A stretch of 64,000 bases of DNA from Octopus vulgaris (GCA_951406725.2 OX597818.1:49228001-49292000), one strand, 5' to 3'; positions 11,613-24,134 are shown, counted from the first letter of the stretch. Translations and numbers: made by a program. The notes: generated from the sequence alone by a model not told the origin.

Positions 11613-12090
11613 GAGTGAGAGAGCAGTGCATGCCATCAAAGTGACACTGGGGTAAAATATACGAAGCCCAGTATACCCATCATGACTACCCGTCTGATAA
11701 GGGTACACCAGGCACATGCATCACAACCATATGTGCACGGCATGGTGATCCCATATCAAGGTAAACAGCGCATGACCTTGCAGGTGGGGCCCAGTTAGAA
11801 TTTTCTTCAGGTCGAGTAGCCCATCCCGCTCAAAAGGTCCCTGAATAAGGGTTGTTTAAGGATGTTGAAAGAACCATCTATGTTTCCAGAGGTGAATTAT
11901 TCAAACCCCAAAGAATCCCTCTCAACAAATGGCTATGATGCTCCCCCACTACTTCTGCTCGTGATCAGAGATGCACATATCGTCAGCTACTAAGGGACAT
12001 ACTCAACTGTTTAAGGTCAAACAACTGACAAGCAAATCTGTGGTATTGAGCAGAATATTTGCTTTAGCCCATCTTTTATACCAAGACAAA
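11613..12090 (-). mobile_element. Interspersed element embedded in (TAA)n (family G); second copy at 60762-61098
   Basis: Two homologous copies, both flanked by TTA repeats on each side. Strand is inferred. Confidence 0.7.
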
Positions 12091-12126
12091 TTGTTATTAT
12101 TATTATTGTTATTATTATTATTATTA

Positions 12127-12346
12127 CTATGAAAAGGCACCAGCTGGCACAAATGTTGGCGTGCCTGACAAAATATTGAGTGGCATTTCATCAATCTTAA
12201 CGGTTTGAGTTCAAATTCCACCGAGGTTGACTTTGCCTTTCATCCTTTTCAGGATCGATAAAATAAGTACCAGTTGAACACTGGGTTCAATGTGATTGAC
12301 TTATTCCCTCTCCTAAAATTGCTGACTGTGTGCAAAAATTTGAAAC

Positions 12347-12349
<3 letters not shown>
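12127..12349 (+). mobile_element. SINE A variant, copy 2 of a local duplicate pair
   Basis: 789-bp offset from copy 1. Confidence 0.8.
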
Positions 12350-12396
<47 letters not shown>

Positions 12397-12399
<3 letters not shown>

Positions 12400-12775
12400 G
12401 TTTGATTTTTGCTTTGTATTTGAACAAGTTGGCTCCAAGTCTCACCCAGAGACCTCAAAAGACAAGTTAGAAGTTCAAATTGGTACTATGACTAGGATGC
12501 CATATATTTGGTTTTACACAAAGAATTGTTCTAGTGAATGTCTAAGAAAACATAAGAAAATTATAAGTTTGTTTTAAAATTTGGGATTACAAAGACAGTA
12601 TTTTACATACGATATGGGCAGTTCCCATGAGCACTGTTTTTTAAATTTCTTCCAATTTTTGATTTCCTGGTATCTGAGCTAGGTATCAATCAACCCCTTT
12701 TTCTATCATTTCTCGGGCACCTATGACAACAGATATTGTTTTAGTCTTGAGGTTCCATATTTTTTATATTTTTGA
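12397..12775 (-). mobile_element. R4/Dong-like (RLE) LINE 3' end terminating in (TAA)n
   Basis: Translation IWNLKTKTISVVIGA...YLAQIPG...VLMGTAHIVCKILSL*; its 3' UTR is shared with 33975-34145. Confidence 0.75.
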
Positions 12776-13012
12776 TGATGAAGAGCATGATTCGATTGTA
12801 ATAGATATTTCATTGGCTGAATGATATTTCAACAATAAGTCAAGTTCAAAATAAGAGGTGATAAAAATTCAAAATTATAGAAATTTAAATTTAAAGTATG
12901 AACAAGAGCAACCAGCATCCACACGTTGATGGAATTTAGTTTCAATTTTATAATAGGCGAAAAGAAAAAGACAGAAAAAAAGAGGAAAGAAGAAAAAGAA
13001 AAAGAAGAATAT

Positions 13013-14085
13013 TTAATCAAACAGTTTTGTATAAAGTTGACGATATTCACCTGTCGTTTTATTCATTCCTGCAGGGTGTGATGTTAATAACCTGCAAACA
13101 TATTTCTCCTCATGCATTCTGAGAAGTGAATTTGAAGTAGATTCAGAATATTTTCTGAGAATATGCACTTTCAAGTCTTCTTCAAAATTGCAGCCGCTTG
13201 AAATGAAATGTTCAGCAAGTTCTGTTGAACTACTGTTATTGTGCTTAACGTTGAATCTGTGCCCATTAAACCTTTTGTTTAATTGTTCCGTTGTGCAACC
13301 AACATAAATTAAGTTGTGTTTCATGCATTCTGCAGTGTACACCAAATGGGAATCTTTACATGTTCCACATTCTGTATAAATCATAACATTTCTGTTTTGA
13401 TTTCTGATGGAATTCACTTCACTCATGTTGTTGCACAATGAACAGGGCTTACCTCTCTTGCGGCTGTTCTTTAAGGTACAGCATGTAGATACTCCAATGT
13501 TTGCTTTCTTGGAGTCAGATATAGAATTCAATAATTCTCTTATATTCTTATTCCGTCTAAAGGCTACAATAGGCAGCTGAGGAAATATCTGTTTGAAGCG
13601 AGGATATTTTTTCGCCACATGCTGGTAACTTTCATGCAACACTTTTGAAATGCCAGTGAAATTTCAGTGCCAGTTAATCACTTAAGGAATTCTGTCATCT
13701 ATTATATCGTGTTTGCTAAAATTACGCGTGAAGGTTTGACTATCTTTGCTAATCTTAGCTATTTCATTTGCTATTTCCTTTAATCGTGATTCACAGTAAC
13801 CACGTTTGACATAATGATGTACAAAAGCATTTTCATGTTTCCAGTAATCCCCTATGTCAGTACAAATCCGTTTTATCCTCAAAAATTGGGATTTCAGATT
13901 TGACCTAATATGATGTGGATGATCGGAGCAGTGGTAGAGATAAATGTAGGATGACGAGGGCTTGCAAAATAACTCTGTCACTATTCTGCCTCCAGAAAAC
14001 TTGACCTTCGTGTCCAAAATTCAACGCTAGTTTTTGAAAAACTAGATATAAATTTTGTTGGATTTAAAGCCATAGTTTTTAGCAT
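13013..14085 (-). pseudogene. Penelope-like element: RT C-terminus/thumb plus GIY-YIG endonuclease, 5'-truncated
   Basis: The ORFs 13682-14017 and 13013-13642 are one frame broken by two stops (IP*VINWH*NF). Motifs: LFCKPSSSYIYL, VYTAEC..IYVGCTT..LNKRFNGHR, LAEHF, GMN. One frameshift near 14018. Confidence 0.9.
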
Positions 14086-14089
14086 AACA

Positions 14090-15658
14090 GTCACAGAAAT
14101 AAAAGTTGGTTCACCTATTCCTCGATGTACTGGGACATCAAAAATATCATAAAGAAATTCCATTGGTTCTTCGTGTCTTATTTTTTCCTCCATAAACCTT
14201 TTTTCAGTTGTTTGTCTTTTGTGTTCCCACGTATGACCTTTTACTATGTACATTATTTTTCCTAAATGTTTACTTATTATACCTTCTTCCCAGCTTTCCT
14301 TTCCATTTCTGTATATTTTAAAAAACACCTTGTCACCAATTTTGAAGTATTTTATCTTATTTTCTGTGTTTTTCTCCATCTTTTCTTTTCTTCCCGGTAG
14401 TAATTTGTCAAACCTGTCTTTCCTGGCGAGCATTAGTTCAACCAGTGACATACCTGAAGTCATGTTGGGGTTAGTTGTTATTCGGTAGACAATTAAGAAT
14501 TGCATCAATGCAGTATCAGCTAGTAGCTTATTCCGAGATTTTTTCAGTGCTCTCTTAAACGTGTCTACAAAACTTAGCATTAGTCAATTTGATTGTATGG
14601 CAGAGTAGTAATATGCTCCACTGCATTCATTTTGCAAAAGTTTTTCAATTCCTTCGACGTGAACTGTGTTCTGTTATCAGACCCTCTAGCATCTTAGATG
14701 CCATATTGTGCAAAAAGTTCATCCAGAAATTCCATTGTTACTTATTTCTAACCATTTCATGTAACTATCCGCAACTATTAGATAATGCCTTCCATTTAAC
14801 GGTCCTGCAAAGTCTATGTGTAACCTAGACCAAAGCATGTCAGTCTTGGGCCAAGGCTGAATTTTTGTAGGTGGTGCTTTTGCTACCAGGGCACAAGCCC
14901 TGCAGGCTTTCACCAATTTTTCAATAGCCTGATCCATAATTGGCCAATAAACATTGCTCCTCATCAGTGCTTTCATGCTCATGATTCCTGGATGTCCCAT
15001 ATGGAATTCTTTTTGCATACGATTTTGCAAAGAAGCAGATATTACAACCCTCTGAGCATACATAAGTATGTCATCACCTATCAAATGCCATTTTGAAACT
15101 GTGTTACGTTTGGCTACATGAGTTTTTGTATTTGTTTCTGATTTCATTATTTTTTTCATTTCTATTATGAACACATCCTTCTCTGTTTTGATTGTAACAG
15201 GTAGTCACAGTATATTTTTTATTTCAATTTCAGCTTTCAATGCCGCTATTATTGTGTTTTCTAACGGTTCATTGTATTTAGGTATCAATCTTGATAGCCC
15301 ATCTGCATGTCCCAGTTTTTTCAATGGTAGAAATTCCATCTTAAAGTTATAGTTTAACAGGATCATCCCCCAGCACTGTAATTGGTTGGCTGTATGTATG
15401 GGGATACCCCTTTTCAATCTGTAAATTGACAACAATGGGTGGGGATCTGTCTTCAGACTGAATTTCCTTCCGTGTATGAATTTGTGAAATTTTTTCACCA
15501 CAAAATTAATGGCTAATGCCTCCTTCCCAATTTAGCTGTGATTTTTTTCAGCCACCAACAATGAACGTGACGCATGAGCGACGGGTTCTAGGCTACCATT
15601 TTCATACTTGTGTGAAATTACTGCTCCTATACCACTTTCATTAGCATCTGATGCTACT
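14090..15658 (-). mobile_element. Ty3/Gypsy (K02A2.6-like) pol fragment: RNase H and integrase, frameshifted
   Basis: ASDANESGIGAVISH, KEALAINFVVKKFHKFIHGRKFSLKTDPHPL, HMGHPGI..MKALMRSNVYWP, WSRLHIDFAGP, SFVDTFKRALKK. Confidence 0.92.
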
Positions 15659-16210
15659 CATCATCATCATCATCATCGTTTAATGTCTGCTTTCCATGCT
15701 AGCATGGGTTGGACGATTTTGACTGCTGCACCAGACTCCAATCTTAATCTGGCAGAGTTTCTACAGCTGGATGCCCTTCCTAACGCCAACCACTCTGAGA
15801 GTGTTGTGGGTGCTTTTTACGTGTCACCGGCATGGGGGCCAGTCAGGCTGTACTGGCAATGACCTCGCTCAAATCTTTTTACATGTGCCAGTGAAGCGAC
15901 GTTGGTAACAGTCACGCTCGAATGGTGCCCTTTTACATGCCACTGGCACGGAAGCCAGTTGGCTGCTCTGGCAACGATCACGCTCGGATGGTGCGCTTGG
16001 TACCCTACTAGCACGAACACAAGTGCCAGTAAGGCAATGCTGGTAATGATCATGCTTGAATGGTGCCTTTTAAGTGCCACTGTCACGGAAGCTAGTGAGC
16101 TGCTCTGTCAATGATCACACCCGTATGGTGCTCTTTGCACCCTGCTAGCACGGATGCCAGTCATCGAATTTGATTTTGATTTTGATTTTGATTTTGATTG
16201 ATTTCACTTG
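15659..16210 (-). mobile_element. RTE 3'-end repeat truncating the Gypsy RNase H
   Basis: Same family as 5000-5515; (CAT)n at the junction. Confidence 0.8.
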
Positions 16211-16529
16211 CCTCAACAGGTCTTCGCAAGGAAAGTTTATCATATTTTTTAATACAAAAACCTTCGTTTTCAAAATTTTCCAGAAAATGTCACGTCACCA
16301 TTTTGCCCCAAAATCGCAATTGTTCCCCTGAAATACCTTGCATAGTTTTTGAAGTTTTTTTTTTTTAATCTAGGCTTTCCTATTTTCGCCATGTATCATT
16401 GTTAATTATCATGATATCACTATTTGTGTCCAACTGTAGTCTCGTATTCACATGGTTTATTTTTATGGAGACAGTTTTTCTTTTTTGTGCCTCGCTTTGC
16501 ATTTATGTTGACAATACTTCATGAGCAGG

Positions 16530-17225
16530 CTGTTCCATTGATCGGATCAACTGGAACCTTCGTCGTCGTAACTGTATGTATGTGAGTGTGTGTGTGTGTG
16601 GATGGATGCATGCATGTCATTTAATTTTATTTCAAATTTTTTTTGTCTATAGAGAAAGAGCTGGTTTCTAACATAGATTCAAGGCTCCTTCACTGGAATT
16701 TCAACATCAGCAACAGAGTATTTTTGAATGTTGCTGATTCAACATTCAAATCTGCACCTAAATATATACCTACATGTATCATTGTTAATTATCATGATAT
16801 CACTACTTGTGATATGTAGGTGCAGATTTGATTGTTTTATTTTATATATGTTTTCTCATGCATATAGTTGCATATCTAGACGCACCCATATATACTTAAA
16901 AGATAAACTTCTGGAAAGTTTTACAAATTTTTACAGTTCCGGTTATATTGAATCTATAGTCTTCAAATCCGCTTTCTCCTTTCTGATTTTGAGAAGCTTA
17001 ATTTCTCAAGATCAGTATTTAGGCAGTGTGTTATATATCCCAGTGTCCCAGTAATTACAGGTATAAACCTGAACTTGTAGTCTAGATAGAGTAACTTCAG
17101 ATTTTTCAAATATTTCAGTGTAGGTATTCTCTTTTTCACTGATCTTCAACTTCATGTTAACATCTGCTGGGCAGCTGATTTCCACAACAGTAAACCATTT
17201 CTCTTCTCTATCCCAAATCATTATA
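16530..17225 (-). mobile_element. RLE-type non-LTR retrotransposon C-terminus and 3' region
   Basis: MIWDREEK..VVEISCPADVN...EKENTY, then after a frameshift YKFRFIPVITGTLGYI...TGTVKICKTF. Confidence 0.7.
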
Positions 17226-17227
17226 TC

Positions 17228-17385
17228 ATGTATGTATGTATGTATGTATGTATGTATGTATGTATGTATGTATGTATGTATGTATGTATGTATGTATGTA
17301 TGTATGTATGTGTGTGTGGATGCGTGTGTGCGTGCATGTGTGTATGTGAATGTATGTATGTATATATGTATGTATGTATATTTAA
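17228..17385. repeat. (GTAT)n/(GT)n microsatellite
   Basis: Direct reading. Confidence 0.95.
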
Positions 17386-17699
17386 AGGGCTAAAAACCAC
17401 TAAGTGGTCAGCCGTATGCTAGAAGTAGATCACCAACGATTAAACTACAAAGACAAGAATGTTCTCTAGAGAAAAATTCAGCGGACACCAGAACAATATG
17501 TGGGCAAGACAGATGAAAATTATATAAAAAACAAAAATTATTCGCAGATTGGTGGTTTCGCCTACTATACACATGTATTAGAATTTTCTCTGATTTTTCA
17601 GAATTTTGTATGCTAGGCTACTGGTTTTAAATTGATACTAATTAAATTGATATTCAATTTATCTCCCTCATTATTTATATGTATGTATGTATGTATGTC

Positions 17700-18056
17700 A
17701 CTGTAAGTTACACAAAACACCACTGCATAGTGCCAAAGATTCCAACATTGCCGTCAAAATACGGGACCAGATACTGCAACAGTTTGGCTTTCAAGGATCC
17801 ACTTCTCTTCAGTATCCTCCCCAAAGGCCTGAGAGAGATAGATGGTGTGAATGAAGATGTCTTCGAAACAAAACTGGATCTCCTCCTGTCAACAATTCTA
17901 GATGAACCTATGAAGGCAGTAACCTCAAACACCCTCATTCACCAAGTACTACATATGAGAGGAAGTTTCAAGAAAAGAAATTATTGCAAAACTAATGGCA
18001 GTGCTCCAGCTTGGTCACAGCTCTTGATATGAAACTTATAAAAAGTAAAGAGTATT
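17700..18056 (+). mobile_element. CR1/Jockey-group LINE 3' end; shorter second copy at approx. 19310-19482
   Basis: NSLAFKDPLLFSILPKGLREIDGVNEDVFETKLDLLLSTILDEP, followed by a tail resembling the SINE B tail. Confidence 0.7.
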
Positions 18057-18084
18057 ACTGAAACTTGTTTTCTTAGGGTTGGTC

Positions 18085-18314
18085 AACCCTTTACTCTTTT
18101 ACTCTTTTACTTGTTTCAGTCATTTGACTGTGGCAATGCTGGAGCACCGCCTTTAGTCGAGCAAATCGACCCCAGGACTTATTCTTTGTAAGCCCAGTAC
18201 TTATTCTATCGGTCTCTTTTGCCGAACTGCTAAGTTACAGGGACATAAACACACCAGCATCGTTTGTCAAGCAATGTTGGGTGGGGAGACAAACACACAA
18301 ACATATACACATAC

Positions 18315-18364
<50 letters not shown>

Positions 18365-18528
18365 GATGGGCTTCTTTCAGTTTCCGTCTACCAAATCCAC
18401 TCATGAGGCTTTGGTCGGCCTGAGGCTATAGTAGAAGACACTTGCCCAAGGTGCCACGCAGTGGGACTGAACCCAGAACCATGTGGTTTGTAAGCAAGCT
18501 ACTTACCACACAGCCACTCCTATGCCTA
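18085..18528 (-). mobile_element. SINE family B, full length
   Basis: Homology to other copies; (AAAAGAGT)n tail. Confidence 0.9.
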
Positions 18529-19487
18529 TAGAAAATTTAGCAGGAAGTTATACCTTTTATTCAATAGTCAAGGAAGAAAATGAAATTGTGTTATCTGGTG
18601 TTGGGTTTGCAATAAAAACTACCTTTAGTAAAACTTTTCCAGGGTCTGCGTGACTGCATTATGGCATTAAAGATAGATTTGAGGGAAGGAAACTCAGCTT
18701 ATTTTATAAGAACTATGTCATGCAACAAGCAAGAAAATGAGACATTATATAATAGTTTATTATATTCTGTCATCTCAGAAGCCTGTTATATTGACAAGGC
18801 CCTATTGATTGGTGATTTTAGGTCAAAGTAGGTTGTGATTACAGTACTTGGTCACATGTGATTGGCAGACACAGTGTAGGCAGAAGAATAGTAATGGATT
18901 GCATCTGCCGTCCTTTTGTAATGAAGTTGACCCTTTTGTAACGAAAACACTTTGAAAGCAACCAAAAACAAAAAAAGGGATAATAAAATAACTTGGATAC
19001 ATTCTTAGTCCAAGGAAATGGCATTTAATTCAACAGAAGACATGATAGAAAGGATGTAGGAGTCACTTGCTTATTCTATGCCATCTATTGGTTATTAGAC
19101 TACTTCTTGTTGCTAAGGTTGTATTTCAGAACTTTGAACAAACAATGATACTATACAAGCTAAAGTAGGCATATAAATGCCAAATCACTCAATACTGAAT
19201 ATAAGAGATGTGAACTTCAAGGACGATTAGCTTAATTTCTGTTGAATATAAATATCACAGATAAAATTGAGGCTTCTTAGATGTGCTTCGATTACCTTAT
19301 TTTAATCAACAATTCTAGACGAACCTATCTCTTAAGATGAAACACAAATGAGGTCAGTAACCTCAAACACCCTCATTCACCAAGTACTACATATGAGAGG
19401 AAGTTTCAAGAAATGAAATTATAGCAAAACTAATGGCAGTGCTCCAACATGGTCACAGCTCTTGATATGAAACTTATAAAAAGATGT

Positions 19488-19775
19488 GGAGGCACATGGC
19501 TTAGTGGTTAGGGTGTTGGACTCATGAACGAAGCCTGTCGTATATATGTATATATATGCATGTGTGTGTCTGTGTTTGTCCCCCTAGCATTGCTTGACAA
19601 CCGATGCTGGTGTGTTTATGTCCCTGTTACTTAGCGGTTCGGCAAAAGAGACCGATAGAATAAGTACTGGGCTTACAAAGAATAAGTCCCGGGGTCAAGT
19701 TGCTCGATTAAAGGTGGTGCTCCAGCATGGCCGCAGTCAAATGACTGAAACAAGTAAAAGAGTAGAAGAGTAAGA
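19488..19775 (+). mobile_element. Chimeric SINE: a different tRNA head (TGGAGGCACATGGCTTAGTGG) joined to a SINE B body and tail
   Basis: The head matches the family E start; the rest matches SINE B from GAAGCCTGTCG onward. Confidence 0.55.
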
Positions 19776-19925
19776 GAGCCAAAAAAGTTTATAGACCAAA
19801 GACCTATGATTCATCTCCTGTTCTAATTGTTGATTAATGATATGAAACTGGCGACAGAGAAAATGAGACCTTACAAAGCTGGAAGGAACACTTTCAGACA
19901 GTTTTGAATACTGATTCATTACCTA

Positions 19926-20090
19926 TAGGTGCAGGAGTGGCTGTGTGGTAAGTAGCTTGTTTACTAGCCACATGGTTCTGGGTTCAGTCCCACTGCACGA
20001 CACCTTGGGCAAGTGTCTTCTACTATAGCTTCGGGGCCAACCAAAGCCTTGTGAGTGGATTTGATAGATGGAAACTGAAAGAAGCCAGTC

Positions 20091-20128
<38 letters not shown>

Positions 20129-20352
20129 GTGTGTGTGTGTTTGTGTGTTTGTGTGTCTGTGTTTGTCCCCACCAACATTACTTGACAACTGATGCTGGTG
20201 TGTTTACATCCCCGTAACTTAACAGTTTGGCAAAAGAGACCGATAGAATAAGTACTAGGCTTACAAAGAATAAGTCCTGGGGTCTATTTCTTCGACTAAA
20301 GGCAGTGCTCCAGCATGGCCACAGTCAAATGACTGAAACAAGTAAAAGAGTA
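19926..20352 (+). mobile_element. SINE family B, full length
   Basis: Homology to other copies. Confidence 0.9.
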
Positions 20353-20811
20353 ATGAGGATATTCTTTCTTATTTCCACAAAGATCAGGAATGGTATTATT
20401 TGTTAATAAACTTAAGTTACATTAACTTCACCCAGCAATCAAACAAATGATGTCTGGGAAGTTTCTTGTTGAGACCTTTTGAAGAAATTGTGTTGTAAAC
20501 ACCTGAAGCTCTTTTCACAGGTATGCAGCAACAGGCATTTTCTCCAGAACTTTAGTGATGCTTCTGTCAAAGTTCTTAAAACAAAAATCAAAAGCAGCAA
20601 TGTAATTTGTGGCAAATATTGCAGTGATTCTCTTCTTTTTGTTACTAGTAAAAGTCCTGGTTCAGTTTACCCTGAACAAGCTGATCTTGTTGACAAAATT
20701 TACCCTGAATCCCAATGTGACATTAAGTCAATTAGCGGGATAGTTGACCCCATATATTTCTCGAGGTAAGAGGCAGAAAAATTACAGAAGAGAAATCAAG
20801 AACTATAGATT

Positions 20812-21390
20812 CATCATCATCATCATCATCGTTTAACGTCCGCTTCCCATGCTAGCATGGGTTGGACAATTTGACTGAGGACTGGCGAACCAGATAGCTG
20901 CACCAGGCTCCAATCTTAATTTGGCAGAGTTTCTACAGCTGGATGCCCTTCTTAATGCCAACCATTCCGAGAGTGTAGTGGGTGCTTTTATGTGTCACCG
21001 GCACGAGGGCCAGTCTGGCGGTACTGGCAACGGCCACAGAAAAATCGTGTTTTTTTTTTACATGTCACCTGCACACTGCCACAAGTGCCAGTAAGGTGAC
21101 GCTGGTAATGATCACGCTCAAATGGTGCCTTTTACATGCCACCGGCATGAACGCCAGTTGGCCATTAGCATGGATGCCAGTCATTGAATTTGATTTCGAT
21201 TCCAATTTCACTTGCCTCAACAGGTCTTCACAAGCAGTGTCCAGTGAAGGGAAGGTACACATAAGTGGGCTGTTTACCCCCATGGCTCAGGCCACAAGGT
21301 TATGGTCTCACTTATGCTGTAGTTGAGAAGACCCAGGTCTTGTCAAGCACAGCATATTTCCAAAATTTTCAGTCACTGGTCATTGCCTCG
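20812..21390 (-). mobile_element. RTE 3'-end repeat
   Basis: Same family as 5000-5515. Confidence 0.8.
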
Positions 21391-22842
21391 TTTTTATGAA
21401 ACTCTCTATGGCCTTTGCAACAGTAATCTAGGGGGGGGGGGGGCTCTCTGAAAAGTACTAAAAGAAATCAGAGTCTTTGATAACATAATAAGTGTGATTA
21501 TTATACATGATGACTGCAGCTATCTGAGGCTGAGAATTATCTGAATCTTTCAGAGTCTGTAATGGCACCAGGCAAAACGTTTTTGCTTCCTAAAATGTTT
21601 GCCTTTTATTTTTCAGTCTTGCTTAATTGCACTTTCAAATTTTGACTGGAGATACAGATTTGTTCTTTGTGTTCATGGAAGAGTATTGCTTAAGCCAGAG
21701 ATTGAAGTGAACTCACTGAACAGAGGAAAGTTTATCACTGATACATCTTTTTGGTGAAGATACTGCACTTATGGCAACATCCCTTGATTTTGTGAAATGC
21801 TTCTCACATATTACTAAACACTTTGGTCTGAAAATAAACGTAAATAGAACAGAAATTATTTACCAACTCATAAAAAATATTTCTAAGTGAAAAAAAAAAA
21901 GGTTGGGGAGTAAAACTTGCCCAGTTTCCCCTTACTTTTCCAGCAAATTATAGAGAAGTGGGCAGCCATGTTCTAAAATATGGAAGATCCTTTTCTTCTT
22001 TTGGTTTCAGAATTAATACAAGTGCCTCCTTGAGAAATTATATCATTAATATGTTATCAAAAGCAACTACATCCTTTAGTATATTGCAGCACCATATCTG
22101 GAATGAGAGAGATCTTAGTCTGAAGACAAAACTTAATGTGTTTCAAGCTGTGATCTTTTCTCCCTTAAATTACAGAACTGAAAATTGGATTCCTTGAAGA
22201 TCCTATATACAACAATTAGGTACCTTCTACAAATGTTGCAAGAACAGTGTCAATAACATTGATTTTTTAAAAAACTATCATGCATTGAAGCTTTGCTTAT
22301 CCAGCCTCAGTGTAGATGGATTGGTGATGTAATTTGGGTGGGATGATGAATGGCTAACTGTGATTCTCCTATGAAGACAAAAAGACAAATTTACAATGGG
22401 GCTCAAAATATTTGGAGACCAATCTCATGATAAAAAGATAAACTGTGATCAAATTTATCTATTTTAAATGCTTCCATGAAATACAGTGATGCTGGTTTAC
22501 AAGTTATGGAGATAACTAGATGACAATGTTATAAAACAACTTTAAACTTTCAAGGTTAGATAAGTAATCAATAAATAGAGAAAAACATAAACATATATTT
22601 AATTTGTCCCTTGTTTATTCTGTTCCCATTGTGATTTGTATGAACTGTGATCTTGTTTGTAAAGCCAAAACTGGCTTGATGTCTCATCATAGACACAAGT
22701 GCTTGGTAGCACTTGGACCTTCATGTCAAAAAGATCAGTGGAAGTCCCGTCATATACACTGGCACTCCCTCAGTTACAGTTGATCCAATCAGAATGGCCT
22801 GCTTGTGAAATTAATGGTCTCTGTTTGATGCATTTGGTCATC

Positions 22843-23195
22843 ATCATAATCATCATCGTTTAACGTCCGTTTTCCATGCTAGCATGGGTTGGATGGTTCG
22901 ACCGGGGTCTGGGAAGCCAGGAGGCTGCACCAGGCTCCAGTCTGATCTGGCAGTGTTTCTACAGTTGGATGCCCTTCCTAACACCAACCACTCAGTGAGT
23001 GTAGTGGGTGCTTTTTACATGTCACCAGCACAGGTGCCAGGGGAGGCTGGCAACGGCCATGATCGGTTGGTGGTTTTTACTTGCCACCGACACGGAAGCC
23101 AGTCAAGGCAGCGCTGGCATCGGCCACGTACGGTTGCCAGGGTAGGCTGGCAACGGCCATGAATGGTTGGTGCTTTTTACGTGCCACCAGCACAA
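22843..23195 (-). mobile_element. RTE 3'-end repeat
   Basis: Same family as 5000-5515. Confidence 0.8.
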
Positions 23196-24134
23196 GTGAA
23201 AATCCAATGAGCATGCATTACATATCTGTGCTTTAGGCATAACAGCTGGGAACGAATGCAGTGTACTGGTGTGAAAATTTTCATGCGTGCACAGAAAGGT
23301 TGGTGTCACCACCCAACCAAAGGATTTTGTCCATGTGGCATTAGTTTGGACAGACAAAAATAAAGTCAAATACTTTCTGAACACACCTTTCCTGACCGAC
23401 CAAAAGCGTAGTGTACATAGATACAAGCAAGAAGTTCAAACAATACTCAGTGCTTGGGTAAGAGAGATATTTAGAGTAATTGCACCTCACATTTAGTTAT
23501 CTGAATTTCATATTTCTGTACATCTGAGCGGATATGAAGTGTAAGTGGTTGTTCAAACTACAAATGTAAGTGCGTGGGCAGAGAATGAATCAGTAGATAG
23601 CTGGTGGAAAAAGAAAGTGTTAAAAAAAAAGGTAGGGTAAAGAGAGAAAACCGTTATTTCCAGCGGTTGTTAGGTAGGAGGTGAAGGGGATGTTATGATT
23701 TATACGCTGGTTGACCTTTGGAATTAGAGTGAAATTTGATGATAGACTTATAAGGTTGTAAGTAATGCAGTCAAAAGTTTAGGCTTAACTCTGAACATGT
23801 GCATTGCAAGGAAATTTTGAAATGCCATATGTTTGAAGTAGTTTGCTTTTTAACAACTGTATGCCCAATGTACCGTTGTTTACAAGAGATACACCTTCAT
23901 GAAATTAACAATTTCTTTGTGTAATAACTGTGTTTGTTAGGGGTTGGTTATGTAGATCAGATTGTGGATTGTTTATTGGGTATAGGGATTTACACTCTAG
24001 GTATTTATTATAAAGGTTGAAAGAGCTGCTTGATACTGAAACATGTGTAACAATTGAAATAAAGGATTATCAAGTTATGCTTATGTTCTTTTCTCATATA
24101 TATATGTATGTATGTATATATATATATATATATA

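Larger units (their letters stand above)
18540..22710 (+). mobile_element. Old fragmented RTE-BovB-like LINE (APE endonuclease, RT, C-terminal zinc knuckle) interrupted by younger SINE/RTE inserts
   Basis: Collinear motifs: SGVGFAIKT and GDF..VG (18590-18900), WKEHF (approx. 19890), CGKY..SLL...IYPESQC (20600-20720), FGLKIN..TE (21820), KTKLNVFQAVI (22120), CKAKTGL.SH (22660). Confidence 0.75.

Noticed and set aside
20521-20765. Apparent 245-nt exon with good AG/GT sites and an open frame
   Set aside because: The peptide (FSDASV..K...CGKY..SLL...IYPESQC...VDPIY) matches the RTE RT N-terminal motif series and lies collinearly within the RTE fossil 18540-22710.
23287-23496. 69-aa ORF ending near a GTAAGA donor
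   Set aside because: No polypyrimidine acceptor in frame and no motif; the surrounding region looks like decayed mobile DNA.
23990-24065. GTTGAAAGAGCTGCTTGATACTGAAACATGTGT resembling a hammerhead/Penelope end
   Set aside because: The core is not CUGANGA and stem II cannot form; too degenerate to call.
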